From NCBI GenBank assembly GCA_021613535.1, contig CP075495.1, positions 6,820,001-6,884,000 of the forward strand: a stretch of DNA of 64,000 nucleotides, written 5' to 3'. Below the pieces are notes generated by a model. It saw nothing but the letters and a program-made list of their open reading frames with translations, was not told the DNA's origin and made no database searches. Positions within the stretch are counted from its first letter, which is position 1. Every line of letters starts with the position of its first letter. The stretch is from Adineta vaga. Lineage: Eukaryota > Animalia > Rotifera. Made by a program: the position numbers and the translations under genes. Shown piece by piece: positions 41,080-53,450 of the stretch.

Positions 41080-43411
41080 ATGTTCGCAACAAAATTACGC
41101 CGCTTGCCTTTATCATTGAGTCCAGTGATTCGCCAACAAACAAATATTGCAACAAATTTACAAAATGATAATTCAGAAAGTAAAACAGCAACAAATGGAA
41201 ATGGAACAAATCGATGTACACCACCGACTGAAAAGAAAATTCGTGATAAACATTTGGATAATATTACTGTTACATCTTTTTATTCTCAAACAGCTATTGA
41301 ACAACTTGCAACAAAAGTAATTTTATTTCGTTTTTTTCTTATATAGCTCTATTTCATATATTTTAGCAATCAACTCGTCTTACACCATTAACAATGATGT
41401 ATATTGGAAAAACAGAAGATGGTAGTCATCTTTTGGTAAAGTTAATCGGTACTATCCCGTATGAATTTATTTACGTGTTGTTATATCTATTTTAGCGCTC
41501 GGCTCAATATCTTCATAAAGATTTACCTATTCGTTTTGCACATCGAATAGATGATTTTCGAAATTTACCATTTGTTGTGGCTTGCAATCCTCTATTATTA
41601 GAATTGGTATAAACAAAATATTACATTTTGTTGTCTTATTGAACATTCATTTATTTCTAGCATGAACGATTTATAAAAATCTTTCATTCATTACATTCAT
41701 TTCCACCAGTAAGATAAATTTATAGTTCATATCTTTTTATTAGTTTGTTTTTCTTTTAAATAGATTAAAACTTTAGATCAAGAAAAAGCTTATACTGAAT
41801 TGTTACAAAATACTCTTACATGTAGTTCAGATACATTGCATTTGTTAGCAGAAGGTTTTCGTGAATCTAAAAGACATATCAAAGTAAAGATTTTTCTTAA
41901 GTTTGTTCGATGTTCACTAAATTCAACCGTCATCTTCCCTTGTTTTTTTCAATAGCAAGAAACACTTGTACGTAACTTTCTTGATCGTGCTTTGACTTCT
42001 CGATTGGCTATTAAAATGTTAATCGAACATCATATTGAACTACGCAATGATAAAGTATAGAAAAACATCAACATACCTTGTAATTCATTTGTATTTTTTC
42101 TTCAATAGCAAAATTATATTGGTGCTATATGTATGAGTTTTTCACCAAGAAAACTCATTCAATCATCAGCTGAATATGTCAAGTAAGTGTATTAGAAGAT
42201 GAAATATTTATTTTACATCATTGAGATTGCCTTTTCCCTATTATTAGAAAGGTATGTCGTGCTGAATATGGTGTTGCACCTGACGTCAAAATTGATGGTA
42301 TGTGCACAGTTCATTTCCTTACATAACAACACCACTTAACTATATCATACCGGAAATGCTGAAGAATGCATTCAGGTATGTTTCATTTCGATTTTAGACA
42401 AAAAAAGTATGCAATTGTCTTGATAAATTGTAGAAGAGATATAAAAAGATTATATTTATCTCGACTATAATTGATAGAAGTTTGCTAGTAGATACAAAGT
42501 AAGTTCTTTCTAAACCAAAGCAAACATTCTAACTACACTTTTGATTAGAACACTGATTTTCTTCGTTAGAAAAGACATCGTTCTTTTTCTTTTCAATTAT
42601 TGATTAAGCTAGTTGAACATTGCGGAATACCTCCTATGATTCGTTATTTTGATATGATGTCAATTGGGCAAAATTGAGTGATAGTGAAAATTCAATCTTT
42701 AATTAGTAAAACGAAGATATCTGACAGAAGAAGTCGACATTCTTACTCTCAATATTTTGCACTAAAACTCTTTTCGCTAAAATACATTTCGCCGTTTCAA
42801 CATCATATCATTGAACGCTGCTTAATGCTTTTCATTGATTTCATTCAATAAATTAATGTTCACTACTTATCGTAGGGCTACAGTTGAACATCATCGATAT
42901 TCGGATCTTGGTTTACCAAGTGTTGGTGTGACAATTGCTGTTAATGCAGATGAACTTGTTTTACGGTATGAAATAACGATCAGACATTTAATAAATAATT
43001 TCTTCATATTTCCTTTTTTCTTTTAATGATATTAGCATAAAAGATCGTGGAGGTGGCATGCCACGTGCATTACTCGATAAAATATTCGATTATCATTTTT
43101 CGTCGAATAATTTAACCGATGAATCATCTTTACTTTCTTATACTGATTTTGAAAATCATTTTCATGATCAACTCGTTACAAACAATAGTACAAATCGAAT
43201 GAGTGGGTATGTAAAACAAACATTTCGATTCTTTGATTCAATTTATGAACATGCTTTTTCATTCAGATACGGTTTTGGTGTACCAACATCCCGTGCCTAT
43301 TGTGAATATCTAAATGGATCATTAACAATTGAGACCATGTATGGAATTGGTAGTGATGTTTATGTACGTGTTGGACTTTTAACATCAGAAAATCCGGTTG
43401 TACGTTTATAA
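41080..43411 (+). CDS. BCKDK: Branched-chain alpha-ketoacid dehydrogenase kinase (apparent 1-nt frameshift near 42300)
   Basis: Mitochondrial-type presequence [115 protein letters not shown]. Confidence 0.9.
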
Positions 43412-45758
43412 AAAAAATAACAAACGTTTTGCTAAGTTTTTTTCTCTTTCGTTTCTTAAATCGGGGTAGAGCAAATACTGATATTGATGTGAGAAGATCT
43501 CGCTGTGTGTATAATTCTATATATATATATAACTATGTATGTGTATGTGTGTTTTTCTTTTCTTTTTTTGTTTCGTTATATTTACCTGTCTCATTATATT
43601 TAAACTTGAAACTATATGCCGAAAAGATGCGCTATGAATCTCGTTTTCTTTTTTTGCTTTCATTCTTTCGTATTGGTGTTCTGAATGTTGCCATACTTTT
43701 GTACAGAAATGGAGGATGAAGTTAAAGACAAAATTATCTAGACAAGCATTTTGTATTTATCAACATTTTCCCTCTTCCTTGTTATTAGTGTTTAGTATCC
43801 AGTGGATTTCTTTCTTCTTCAAATTTATATTTACATAAGAAAAATAAACGCGATTTACATCATAGACAAAGAAATAATCTAAATGAAGGTAGTTAAGCTA
43901 TAATAATGATGATAAGTTGAGTATGAAAGTGTTTATACAAGACGTCAATATGGAATGTTTTATTGATCAATTATTTGATATGTGTCATGCGTAAAAGGAT
44001 GTTTGTTTCGATCGTCTGAACATATTTCTTGGCCTTCATTCATCTAAATTTGTACGTGAATGATATGCAGTGCAATAATTACAAGGTTTAGTTCGAAAAA
44101 GTGATTGTCGAAACATTCATGTGAAGTTCATATTCTGATATGAGATGCAAAATCTTTTGTAATTTATTATTTATGATACGAAGGCAATCTCACAACTAAT
44201 GTCAGAGATCGACATAATTCATGTTTATTAAATTCTAATAAATGAATTAATTCTATTTTTAATATTCAACATAGAAGCATGAATCAAAAATCTTTTCTCG
44301 AAAAGAAACTTTCAGAAAATTTTGACATCACAATTATTAGTATTTTTGTTGAAAGAAGATTAATCATATCTGGTCAATTGGAACTATTGCGTTTCGTCTG
44401 AATAGTTGTTTGTCTTTCTATTAACTAACAATATGTTCCGCAGAAAGCAAAATTCTTTCTATTTTTAATTGTTGACATTAGTTGTATGAGAATCTTGTCG
44501 TATAAACCGTATGTGTTGTTGATAATTAGTTTCTTGAATTAGTAATTATATTTAAATACCATGCATAACTACAATAGAAAAGTCATCGAACAGTTCTTTT
44601 ATCGATGTTATCCAGATAGAAAACAAATTTAAAAAATCTATTAAGTCAAAAATAAATTCTTGATGATTAGAAATGACATATGAAATAGAGCATTCGTTCG
44701 AGAGAAAAAATGGTGTGATAATACTTCAATCAAATTCATAAAAAAGATTTACGGAAGAGAAACTGTGTTTTAGATCAAATGTTACATAGAATGAATTCAT
44801 GCAACATATGGTCTGTCATCCGCCTACATGGATAATGTATAACCATTAACTGATTAATACAGAAGAGACATAGTTCTTTTTTCTTTATTGAAAGAAAAAT
44901 GTGCGTAATTAACAAACCTTTATTGTTATACTAGTGCGTAAAAATCATATCTTTGCGTGTTATTCCTATGCGAAAAATAGAAATTTATCAACCGAGATTA
45001 TCGTATATTCATGAAATTAAGATCGCAAAATCTTAATCATCATTTTCTTATGAAGCTTTTTCCTAAGTGTGATGACAATTTCATTAGTTTATTTTTATCG
45101 TATATCAATTCATGTTACACCTTCAATTATCGTCTTCTTCTGCTTCACCATCATCTTGTTTTGACATATGCTATTATCATTGACAAACTTATTTCTCTTC
45201 TTCGCTAACTAACTTCATTGTCAGAAACGATTTTCTTCTCTTCAAGAAGTCTCTATGTAGGCGGTAAAAGAATTCTGTTAGATTTATCACAACATTTACT
45301 GGACAGTTAACTGAAATCTTCTAATTGACGCATATACACAACCCTCAAGATTATTCGATGAATTTAACAGAAAATGTGTCAATCATATTTAGTTGTTTGT
45401 TTCTATTACATTGTATAATTAGACAGAAAAATGATGAATAAGTATAAGTATATGTATAACAAACATTTCCAACTCTAGCTTTTTTCTTCTCTCTCTCTCT
45501 CTTCGTCCCCCACTCATTGTAATGTTTACATACTAGCTCTATTATCTAAACATCGAAGACAGAGACATATATATATATAAATATCTAACGCGTATTCATA
45601 TTATGTGAATAAATCAAACAAAAACACTGAAACGGTAAGGACATATCGAGGCATTAATACTAGTTTTTCAGCACATTGTAAAGACGTTTTTCCAATTTGT
45701 CACGACGAATTCGTTCTGTAGAAATAAAACAATAGGGATAAAACTAAGAAGAACTTTT

Positions 45759-46863
45759 CTATTTTGTAAACATACCGAATACATCAACAAACATATTTGT
45801 AATCGGCATAAAACGAAGAAGATCATACAAACTCGATGTAGATCTTTCATTTGCTAGATCAGTAACAATTTCTTTCAATTCAGTAAGTTGTTTTTCGAGT
45901 AGATCATTCTTCAATATTAGATCTCTCATTGTTTTCATATTTTCACAATCGAATCTTTCTAGAAAAATAAAAACAACATAAATCAGAATAGTACATTCAA
46001 TATATAGACAAAGAGATTCTTTCTTTCTTTCTATCATACCCGGAAAGAAGTATTCGATAAATTTCTCTAAATGTTTATAAACGCTTTGTTTCCGTTCATT
46101 GATCATATCATTCAATGTTTTATATTGAATATGTCTTGAACTACCAAATGCATAATCTGTTAAGTTTTCTTCTCGACGTATATCGACAAAAAAGATTCGA
46201 TCTTCAAAATAATCGAGAATAATATTATATTTTGGATTACATCGAAATTCATCTAATAAACGTTGACGTTCGGATGAATTCAATGTATTGACTTCATCAA
46301 TATCAGGACGAGTATAGAATGTGATTAATAAACATGAGTTATTATATGCTTTTCTTGTTAAAACAGTTTCTAAGTATTGAAAAGTAAAGAAAGAATCAAC
46401 TATTATTTTAAAGAATAATTCTTTTGTTTTACCGTAGATTTCCGAAAATAAATTTGCTTCATCCGATGTAAAAACATCCATTCTTATACAATAGAAAACT
46501 AAATAGAGAATGAATAGAATTTCAATCTTACGAAGATAAACTTACTTATATCAAAACCATTGCGAATTTCTTTTAGGAAAAGAATAACTTTCAGTCTATG
46601 TTCATTTTCATCTTCTGTATCACGAAAACCAATTGTATCGATATAAGTTACTTGATAACTTGTTTTACTAACGAATTGTTTAGTTGTTGATGAAACTGAA
46701 TTTCCCAAGAGTTCATTGGAATTCGACAATAGATTAAATAGACTAGTTTTGCCTAACAAAAAAGAAAACTCATGAGACAAATGATCAGAATGAATAGAGT
46801 AAAACTCTACGAACCGGAACCAGTTCGACCGAGAAAAAGAACAACTTTATTTTCATCCGTCAT
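45759..46863 (-). CDS. AIG1/GIMAP-like P-loop GTPase with C-terminal coiled coil
   Basis: MTDENKVVLFLGRTGSG/KTSLFNLL...SVSSTTK...YIDTIGFRDT (G1, G2, G3 motifs), then LLITF; several short introns. Confidence 0.8.
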
Positions 46864-47698
46864 AGTGATTTTTCTGTAAGTAAATGTTTCTAACGATTCG
46901 ATGATTAGTTGTGAACATGATTTGTTAAGAAATAGTTCGTTTCTGGCCAATATAATGATTTATTTCGTTCGTTCTCTTGAATTTCACTACATCTACTGAT
47001 ATATTATACATAACTATACTTTTCTAACATAGAATTCGCGAAGAGTTCATTTTATCACTATATAAATTATTAAGTGTCAATGAATTCCTTAGTGAGAATC
47101 ATTCAACTTATCTGTTAATAAATCGTATATTCATGCGTGATAAGACATTTTTATTAGTTAGAAAAGGAAGCTGTTATCATCTTTTAGACGAAATTATTAG
47201 ATTAGAGAAAAGAAGTATATGTAATATATTTCAAAGTAAACTATCTGTTTTTTTCGGATTTCTTACTTTTTTTTGTGACTGATGTTGTGTATCAAAGAAT
47301 GATGAAGGAATATTCAAGAACAAAAAACTAAGATCGAATAATATTTTTATTATTTTGTTATACAGATTTCATTAAAATCTTCCAAGGTTATATGAAATAT
47401 TTCGAGATACTGTGGATTAGATTGTATGATTTTAGTCCGGTGAGAGGTTCATAAAAGAAGGATGACTTTTAATTTTACCTGCAGTTTCAAAACTAAATAT
47501 CCTGTCAGTAGGTGGGAAAGAATGTTTATATAAAAGATTCATTTCCGTATTTTTTTCATTGAAATATTGTTTAGTGTGAAAACTGATAGAAAGAACAAAT
47601 TCATATCTTTCATATAATTAAATATTTCAATTTGATTCTTTCTCTTTTAGTTCTTTTATTTGAAAACTAAATCATATCATAATCTGATCATAAAAATA

Positions 47699-47998
47699 AT
47701 GTATCGCTTAACACTTCTCCTCCTTTTTCTATGTGTTTTATTCATACAATTTCATCCGGAACAAGCTGCTAGTGTCTACCTTCCATCTGCAGATGATACT
47801 GATGATCAACCAGTAGCTTTACCTTCCTCATCTTTATTGAAATCATGGTATAATAAACGATTCTCTGATCTTGAAGACAATGATCAAAATGAATACATGG
47901 AACATTTATGGAAACGTTATTCACCTGAATTAGGATCGCTTCGTCAACGACGACGCTTTGGAAATACACGCTACGGCCGTAGTTTATCCGAAGAGTAA
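47699..47998 (+). CDS. Neuropeptide precursor predicted to release FGNTRY-amide (RYamide type)
   Basis: Signal peptide MYRLTLLLLFLCVLFIQ; dibasic KR sites; RRR-FGNTRY-G-R amidation/cleavage signal; TATAAAAG at about 47528 upstream. Confidence 0.8.
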   Translation: MYRLTLLLLFLCVLFIQFHPEQAASVYLPSADDTDDQPVALPSSSLLKSWYNKRFSDLEDNDQNEYMEHLWKRYSPELGSLRQRRRFGNTRYGRSLSEE

Positions 47999-50256
47999 TC
48001 ATGACAAGTACTTTCATCTTTGCACTAGTTTCTGTATTACATTTCATGAAATTTCATTATAATAATATCTATAAAAGAAAATTTCAATGAATATATCTAT
48101 CCATTTTGAACAATCAAGATGTATTGTTGAGCAATGCCAGACGCGCGTTCACTTGTCATTGACATGTCGATTTGTCTATCTATTTATCTATCGATAAGAT
48201 ATATATATATACAAAAGATTGATTTTTATGGTTATTGAAGGTATACGGAGAAAGAAGAAGGAGAGATATCATCAAGGGCTCTCACTAGATGATGAGAGGT
48301 TCAATCAGTAGTTGTATATCGATCTTCTTCTTCTTCTTCTTCTTCTCCAATATATCTAATTGTTTGAATGAAAGACAAAGAAGATTGAACATCTAATCTA
48401 ACATCTGATAATCATTGAACTAAATTCTAAGGAAATGAAAACCATTATTATCTAATTGAAATTTCAAATGATAATAACACAGGAAAAGTCTGTATTTGAA
48501 CAGCCGTCTAACGGCCTACTTAACTACAATTGTGATGTATTTATTATCTTGCCCCGGAAAACAACACATTAGTATGCAATTGAGAAGAGAGGGAGAAAGA
48601 CAGATTGAGATAGATAGTCAGTGTTTTATTACAAGATAAATGTAAAGTGAAGTTCAAGAATGTTGACCTTCTTTGTTCAATGAAATTTGTTTTTTTTCTC
48701 TTTTCTTTATAGATTTAACAAATTTCTTACTTGTTTATATCTATTTCTTTGATACGATCGATGGACAAAGAAGCATCGACAATAGTGACGTGTGTCTGGT
48801 CAATGTTAGTACTACACATTGCGAAAGAAAAGAGAAGGACGAGATTTATGCATTTTGTTGATTAATTCTAATCACGATCTTTTGTTGTCTATCGATAGCC
48901 AGAGACCAGATAGAAGTGCGAATAGAAGAAGAAAAAAAGTCATTAGACAATGGCGATTAGTAGGTGATGAACGATGTATAAGCACACACGTATATAAACA
49001 TGTACGGTGTCATCTGGAATCGTACAATTGTCTCATGTGTGCTTGATAGAGCACGAATTGTTCATTACAAATGATGAGTTCTTTTTTATTTCTTCTCAAT
49101 TGATTCAAAGAAAAGTTAAGGTAATTGTTTTTTATTAGTAATGTTATTCCTTTTGAGTTCTGCGATTAAATTATGAAAGATATCTATTAAACTTGCATCA
49201 TCAGTTGATCTATTTCTCTCCACAGGGGGTATACTCATTGATTCGTTCGAATAACATCTATGGATAGAAGGCACATCAACTCTAATCAAGTGAATGTGCA
49301 TAGCAGCAGGATCGGCGCGTCTTATCGAAAGAAAAGAGAGAGAGGGTGAAAGAAGGAGGAGAGAGATGAAGAAGAATGTTAACCATCATTTGTATTACAC
49401 CGTCGCGTCAAGTGTGGGCGTGTGAGGAACTGGACTGATGTTCCTCTACCGTTAAGACACACAATCACCATCATTATTCAGACTGTTGTTATGTGTACGC
49501 GTGTCAGAAATTGATGAACGATAGCAAAAGGAATCCGTTTGAAAATACCGCTATGTCTAGTCTTTAAGAATGTTTTTTTTCTTGGATATCAGTCAGTGAC
49601 AAATATGTTTTGTATATTGATCAGTAATCTCTCTCCTGTGGTGGTGTATTGTAGACGATTTACTACTATTCAGGGACACTTTCATTCAGTTGAACTTTTT
49701 AATGTATATATGAATAGCATTGTAAAAGATAATCATTCTCATTCTTCTCTTGTACAATGTATGTATATATATATATGTATGGATTCAGATGAGTCGTTTA
49801 TTCACGCGAAATGATGTGTGAAAGGAATATTTCTATAGAATAAAATTTGTTCTTGGAGATGTCGAATGAGCGAGAAGATGGTAGACATGGAACTATATGT
49901 ATGATGCATGAATGGTGTATGTGTGTGTGTCTGCAAGGTGTGACTCTTGCATGAAGTGCATATAATGAGTATGCCTGTTTTATTTTTAGTATAGACTAAC
50001 ACGACGAGACTATAAAAATCGCCATCGGCTATCTTCGTCTCAACTCTCAATCTTCTCTTCGTGTTTTTCTTTTCTTTTTTCTTCTCAATCGACAAAGGAT
50101 CATGTTGAAAAGTTAACGTCTATTGTTCCTGTCAATCTTACGTCTAGATCATCAATAATAAAATACTTTTATTGTATTTCATTCAGGTAAGATTGATAAG
50201 ATAATTGTATCTTTATAGATTTATTATCAATTGTAGAGTTACTTTTCTTTAAAGAG

Positions 50257-50926
50257 TATTCAACGATGTTCAATAGTTGTCCAGGATATTTAGATGATTC
50301 AGGTAGTGAAACATTTTAAGAAGTCGAAAAAATGTTTTTCAAGAATGAATATGTTCTGCTTTGTAGGTATTTGGAATAATGGCTTCAGTTGTCAACCAAT
50401 CAATAATCGAATGCGTATTTGTTGTGGACCAGAAAATCGACGCGAATGTTGTTTTGCTGATCAATTTTCACATCGATCTGATTCAACAACTGATTCTGAT
50501 CTCTCATTATCTCCATCATCGTCACCAACAGCAGTATTAAATAAAAATAACTCCGTTTTCACAATTACTTCTTCGTCATATATACTTATCCTTGTTGCAA
50601 TTGGTCTTACCTTGGCTTTACTTATCATATTACTTATCGTCTTTGCCTGTGCTATACGTCGTAAATTAAATCGATCATCATCTTCATCGTCCTCTTCATC
50701 ATCATGTTCATCAGAATCAACTTCAATTAATAAACATTCTCGTCGTTTATCTATTGTACTAGCAAATTCATCGAAAAGTGGTGCAAGTAGTCCTGTGCCA
50801 AGTACCTATGTTGATTATTGGTCACGTACAATTGTCTCTCCATCTGAATGGACATTGACAAGACCATATACTTCTTTTATAGGAGGACATCAAAGTAATA
50901 ATCATAATTATTATATTGACCAGTAA
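50257..50926 (+). CDS. Shisa-like single-pass membrane protein (5' end and signal peptide not resolved)
   Basis: Spliced SCPGYLDDSG/IWNNGFSCQP...RICCGPENRRECC is the Shisa Cys pattern; TM segment ILILVAIGLTLALLIILLIVFACAI followed by RRK. Confidence 0.7.
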
Positions 50927-51550
50927 AAAAACTGAAAATATCAAAAGAATCATGTTTTTTTTATACAATTTTTGTTAGTCTATTCTCTGGTTTTCTTTTG
51001 TTCTATTCTGTTTGTATCGTGCAGTCACAATGAAACGAATCTAACTGAAACTTCATCTTTTTATTGTATTACTTGAAAATTTAAATAAAAAATAATGTCG
51101 AAGTATTCTACAGAAAAAACAATTTATCTAATAACTATTCTCCTATAACGATGATTAGTGCAAAATCTTCATGTCAGATTTATCAGTAATTTAAAAGATC
51201 TATTGATTGATTTTTCTCGTTAAACTCACATTGAATAACAAAGAAAAAAAAACCAAATCATTGATCGTCAACTTTCAAATACATGCAAATAGCATTAGAA
51301 ATTCTGAAGGAGATGTGATTTTTCTTTCTATATTATTCCTTATAATTGTAAGAAGAGAAAAAAAGTGAAACATGTTAAATAAACATTTCATTTTCATTAT
51401 CGTCGTTATTTAACTAACAAACGAACAAAAATAAAAGGAATAACCACGACGAAATTACAAAACGTAGGAGCGAAAGAGAGAGAGAGAAAGAAAGAACGAA
51501 ACGTCAATTTTTTTTAATAAAAATTAATTTTCAACAAAAGAAATACAATT

Positions 51551-53345
51551 ATGTCGAATACATTATGTGTTTATAATACGATACATGGATCTTTTAATCG
51601 ACGAGAAATAAGGTACATACTATGAAACCTTTGATATTCATTCAGAAGAAAAAAAAACGATTATTTGTTTTTCTATTGTAGAATGTTGGCACATGCTTTA
51701 GGAGTGAGATCAAATTGAATAGTATTGATTATTTTCTTACAAAAAGATTGTTTAGTTGCCAGAAGACCGTCTGGAACATCGATTAAATAAACTTGGACTT
51801 GGGGAAACAATTTTAATTTCCGTAAAATTGATTGAATAGAAAGAAGAAAAGATGAAATGAATTATTCTGATTTTTTCTTTCATCTAGGATTTATTACATG
51901 TTCTCAAACAAGGTGCATTCAAGACTGATATTCATCGTATGTTTAATAGTCAAAGTGGTACTTACAACAGTCTTGTACTCGTGAAAACTCTTCAATTAGT
52001 TGATTCACATGTATTCAGGTAGAAATTTAATTTTCATATTCATGTTCATCATTTATTTACATTCAATTAGTTTTCATGAAATACATAAAGCACGTTTAGC
52101 ATTTGATGTCTATGAAATGAATGCATTACGAAATGATAAGAATACATTCGATTTAATTCTTTATACAATTAAAGTACTATTTCAAAATTTGTTTTGTTGT
52201 ATTATCACTTGTTTTCAATTTTATTCTAGTCATGTGATTATCGTATTAGTCCTATTAAACTTCGGCATCGTTTGTATCATTATCATTTAAATAAAACGCG
52301 AATTTTACATCTATGTGAATATTTTGATTTATTATTAATGTCAGATCGAATAGATAAAAAAGCAGAATTAGATGCGAAGAAGGTATGAATAGCATGATCA
52401 TGATTTTTTTTTCTCAAGTTTATTTTATTTTCTTTCGGTTTAGATTATTGATATTGCTAATCCAAAATCAGTTGATCAACAGTTAATTGATGAAATGGAT
52501 GCGAAATATTTAGATGAGGAACAGAATGGATTTTTTCAAGAAGTTTATCCTAAAGAAAAACTGATTGAAAATAGTGTTTGGCCAGCAAAAATTGCTTGGC
52601 AAAATCAGGTTGGATTGAAATAACTTTATTTGCAATTTCTTCAAGTGAAAGTTTTTGTTTTATCCATCAAAAGGTTAATGAAGCTGCTTTACAAAAAGCT
52701 CAACTTCGAAAACAATTAACAGCAAGTATATTTTCATTAAAACAATCACGAACGGGAAGTGCTTGTACATCTCCGGGACATTCATTATATCACAGTAAAT
52801 TCATATCAAAGGTTGATCGAATATATTTAATAATTGCTCTGCTTATCTGAAATAGAGTTTTGTCGACCTCGTCCGGCAACAACAGTGGTAACGACACGTT
52901 TAGATGTACCATCACTACCTATCGTTGAACGACTTGAAACTTCAACTAATAATGTACAACAGTGTCCACAATCGAATACTACAGAGATTGTATCAAAAGG
53001 AACCGAAATTGCAGAGCGTATTCAACGATTACGATCACAGTCATCTTTTCTCGTAATAACTATTGGATTTCTTTGTTTGAAAAATTTGATTTCGGACTTT
53101 TTTTTCTACTCGATTAGGAATTCAAATATGCTTTACAACGAGAAGATTATATAAATGAACTTTTCCCAAACGGTTATTCGAAGTCAGTCACAGTTTCAAC
53201 GACGAGTAAGTTTTGTTTTTATTAGAAAAAAAAGCAATTGAATTTAACATTTTTCGTTTATTACTATAACAAAGAACCTATCGAGCGTCGTATCAAAACA
53301 GCTAAACCATCAATGTATTGGACAAACCAATGTGTAACAAAATGA
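51551..53345 (+). CDS. Uncharacterised multi-exon protein (possible degenerate EF-hand-like helices)
   Basis: In-frame exon chain MSNTLCVY...REIR/MLAHALG/LPEDRLEHRL.../FHEIHKARLAFDVYE.../LHLCEYFDLLL...; consistent GT-AG introns; no family recognised. Confidence 0.6.
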
Positions 53346-53450
53346 TACTACAGAAACAAAATATTTGTTGTTTATATGAAGTTAAAATAAAACATATTGA
53401 TGAATAGCATGAGAACCATATATAAAATACTATAAAGACAAAAAAAACCA

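Noticed and set aside
48100-50100. Short ORFs and CG-containing motifs upstream of the Shisa-like gene
   Set aside because: Look like promoter/UTR sequence with simple repeats; no coherent coding exon or signal-peptide exon could be assigned.
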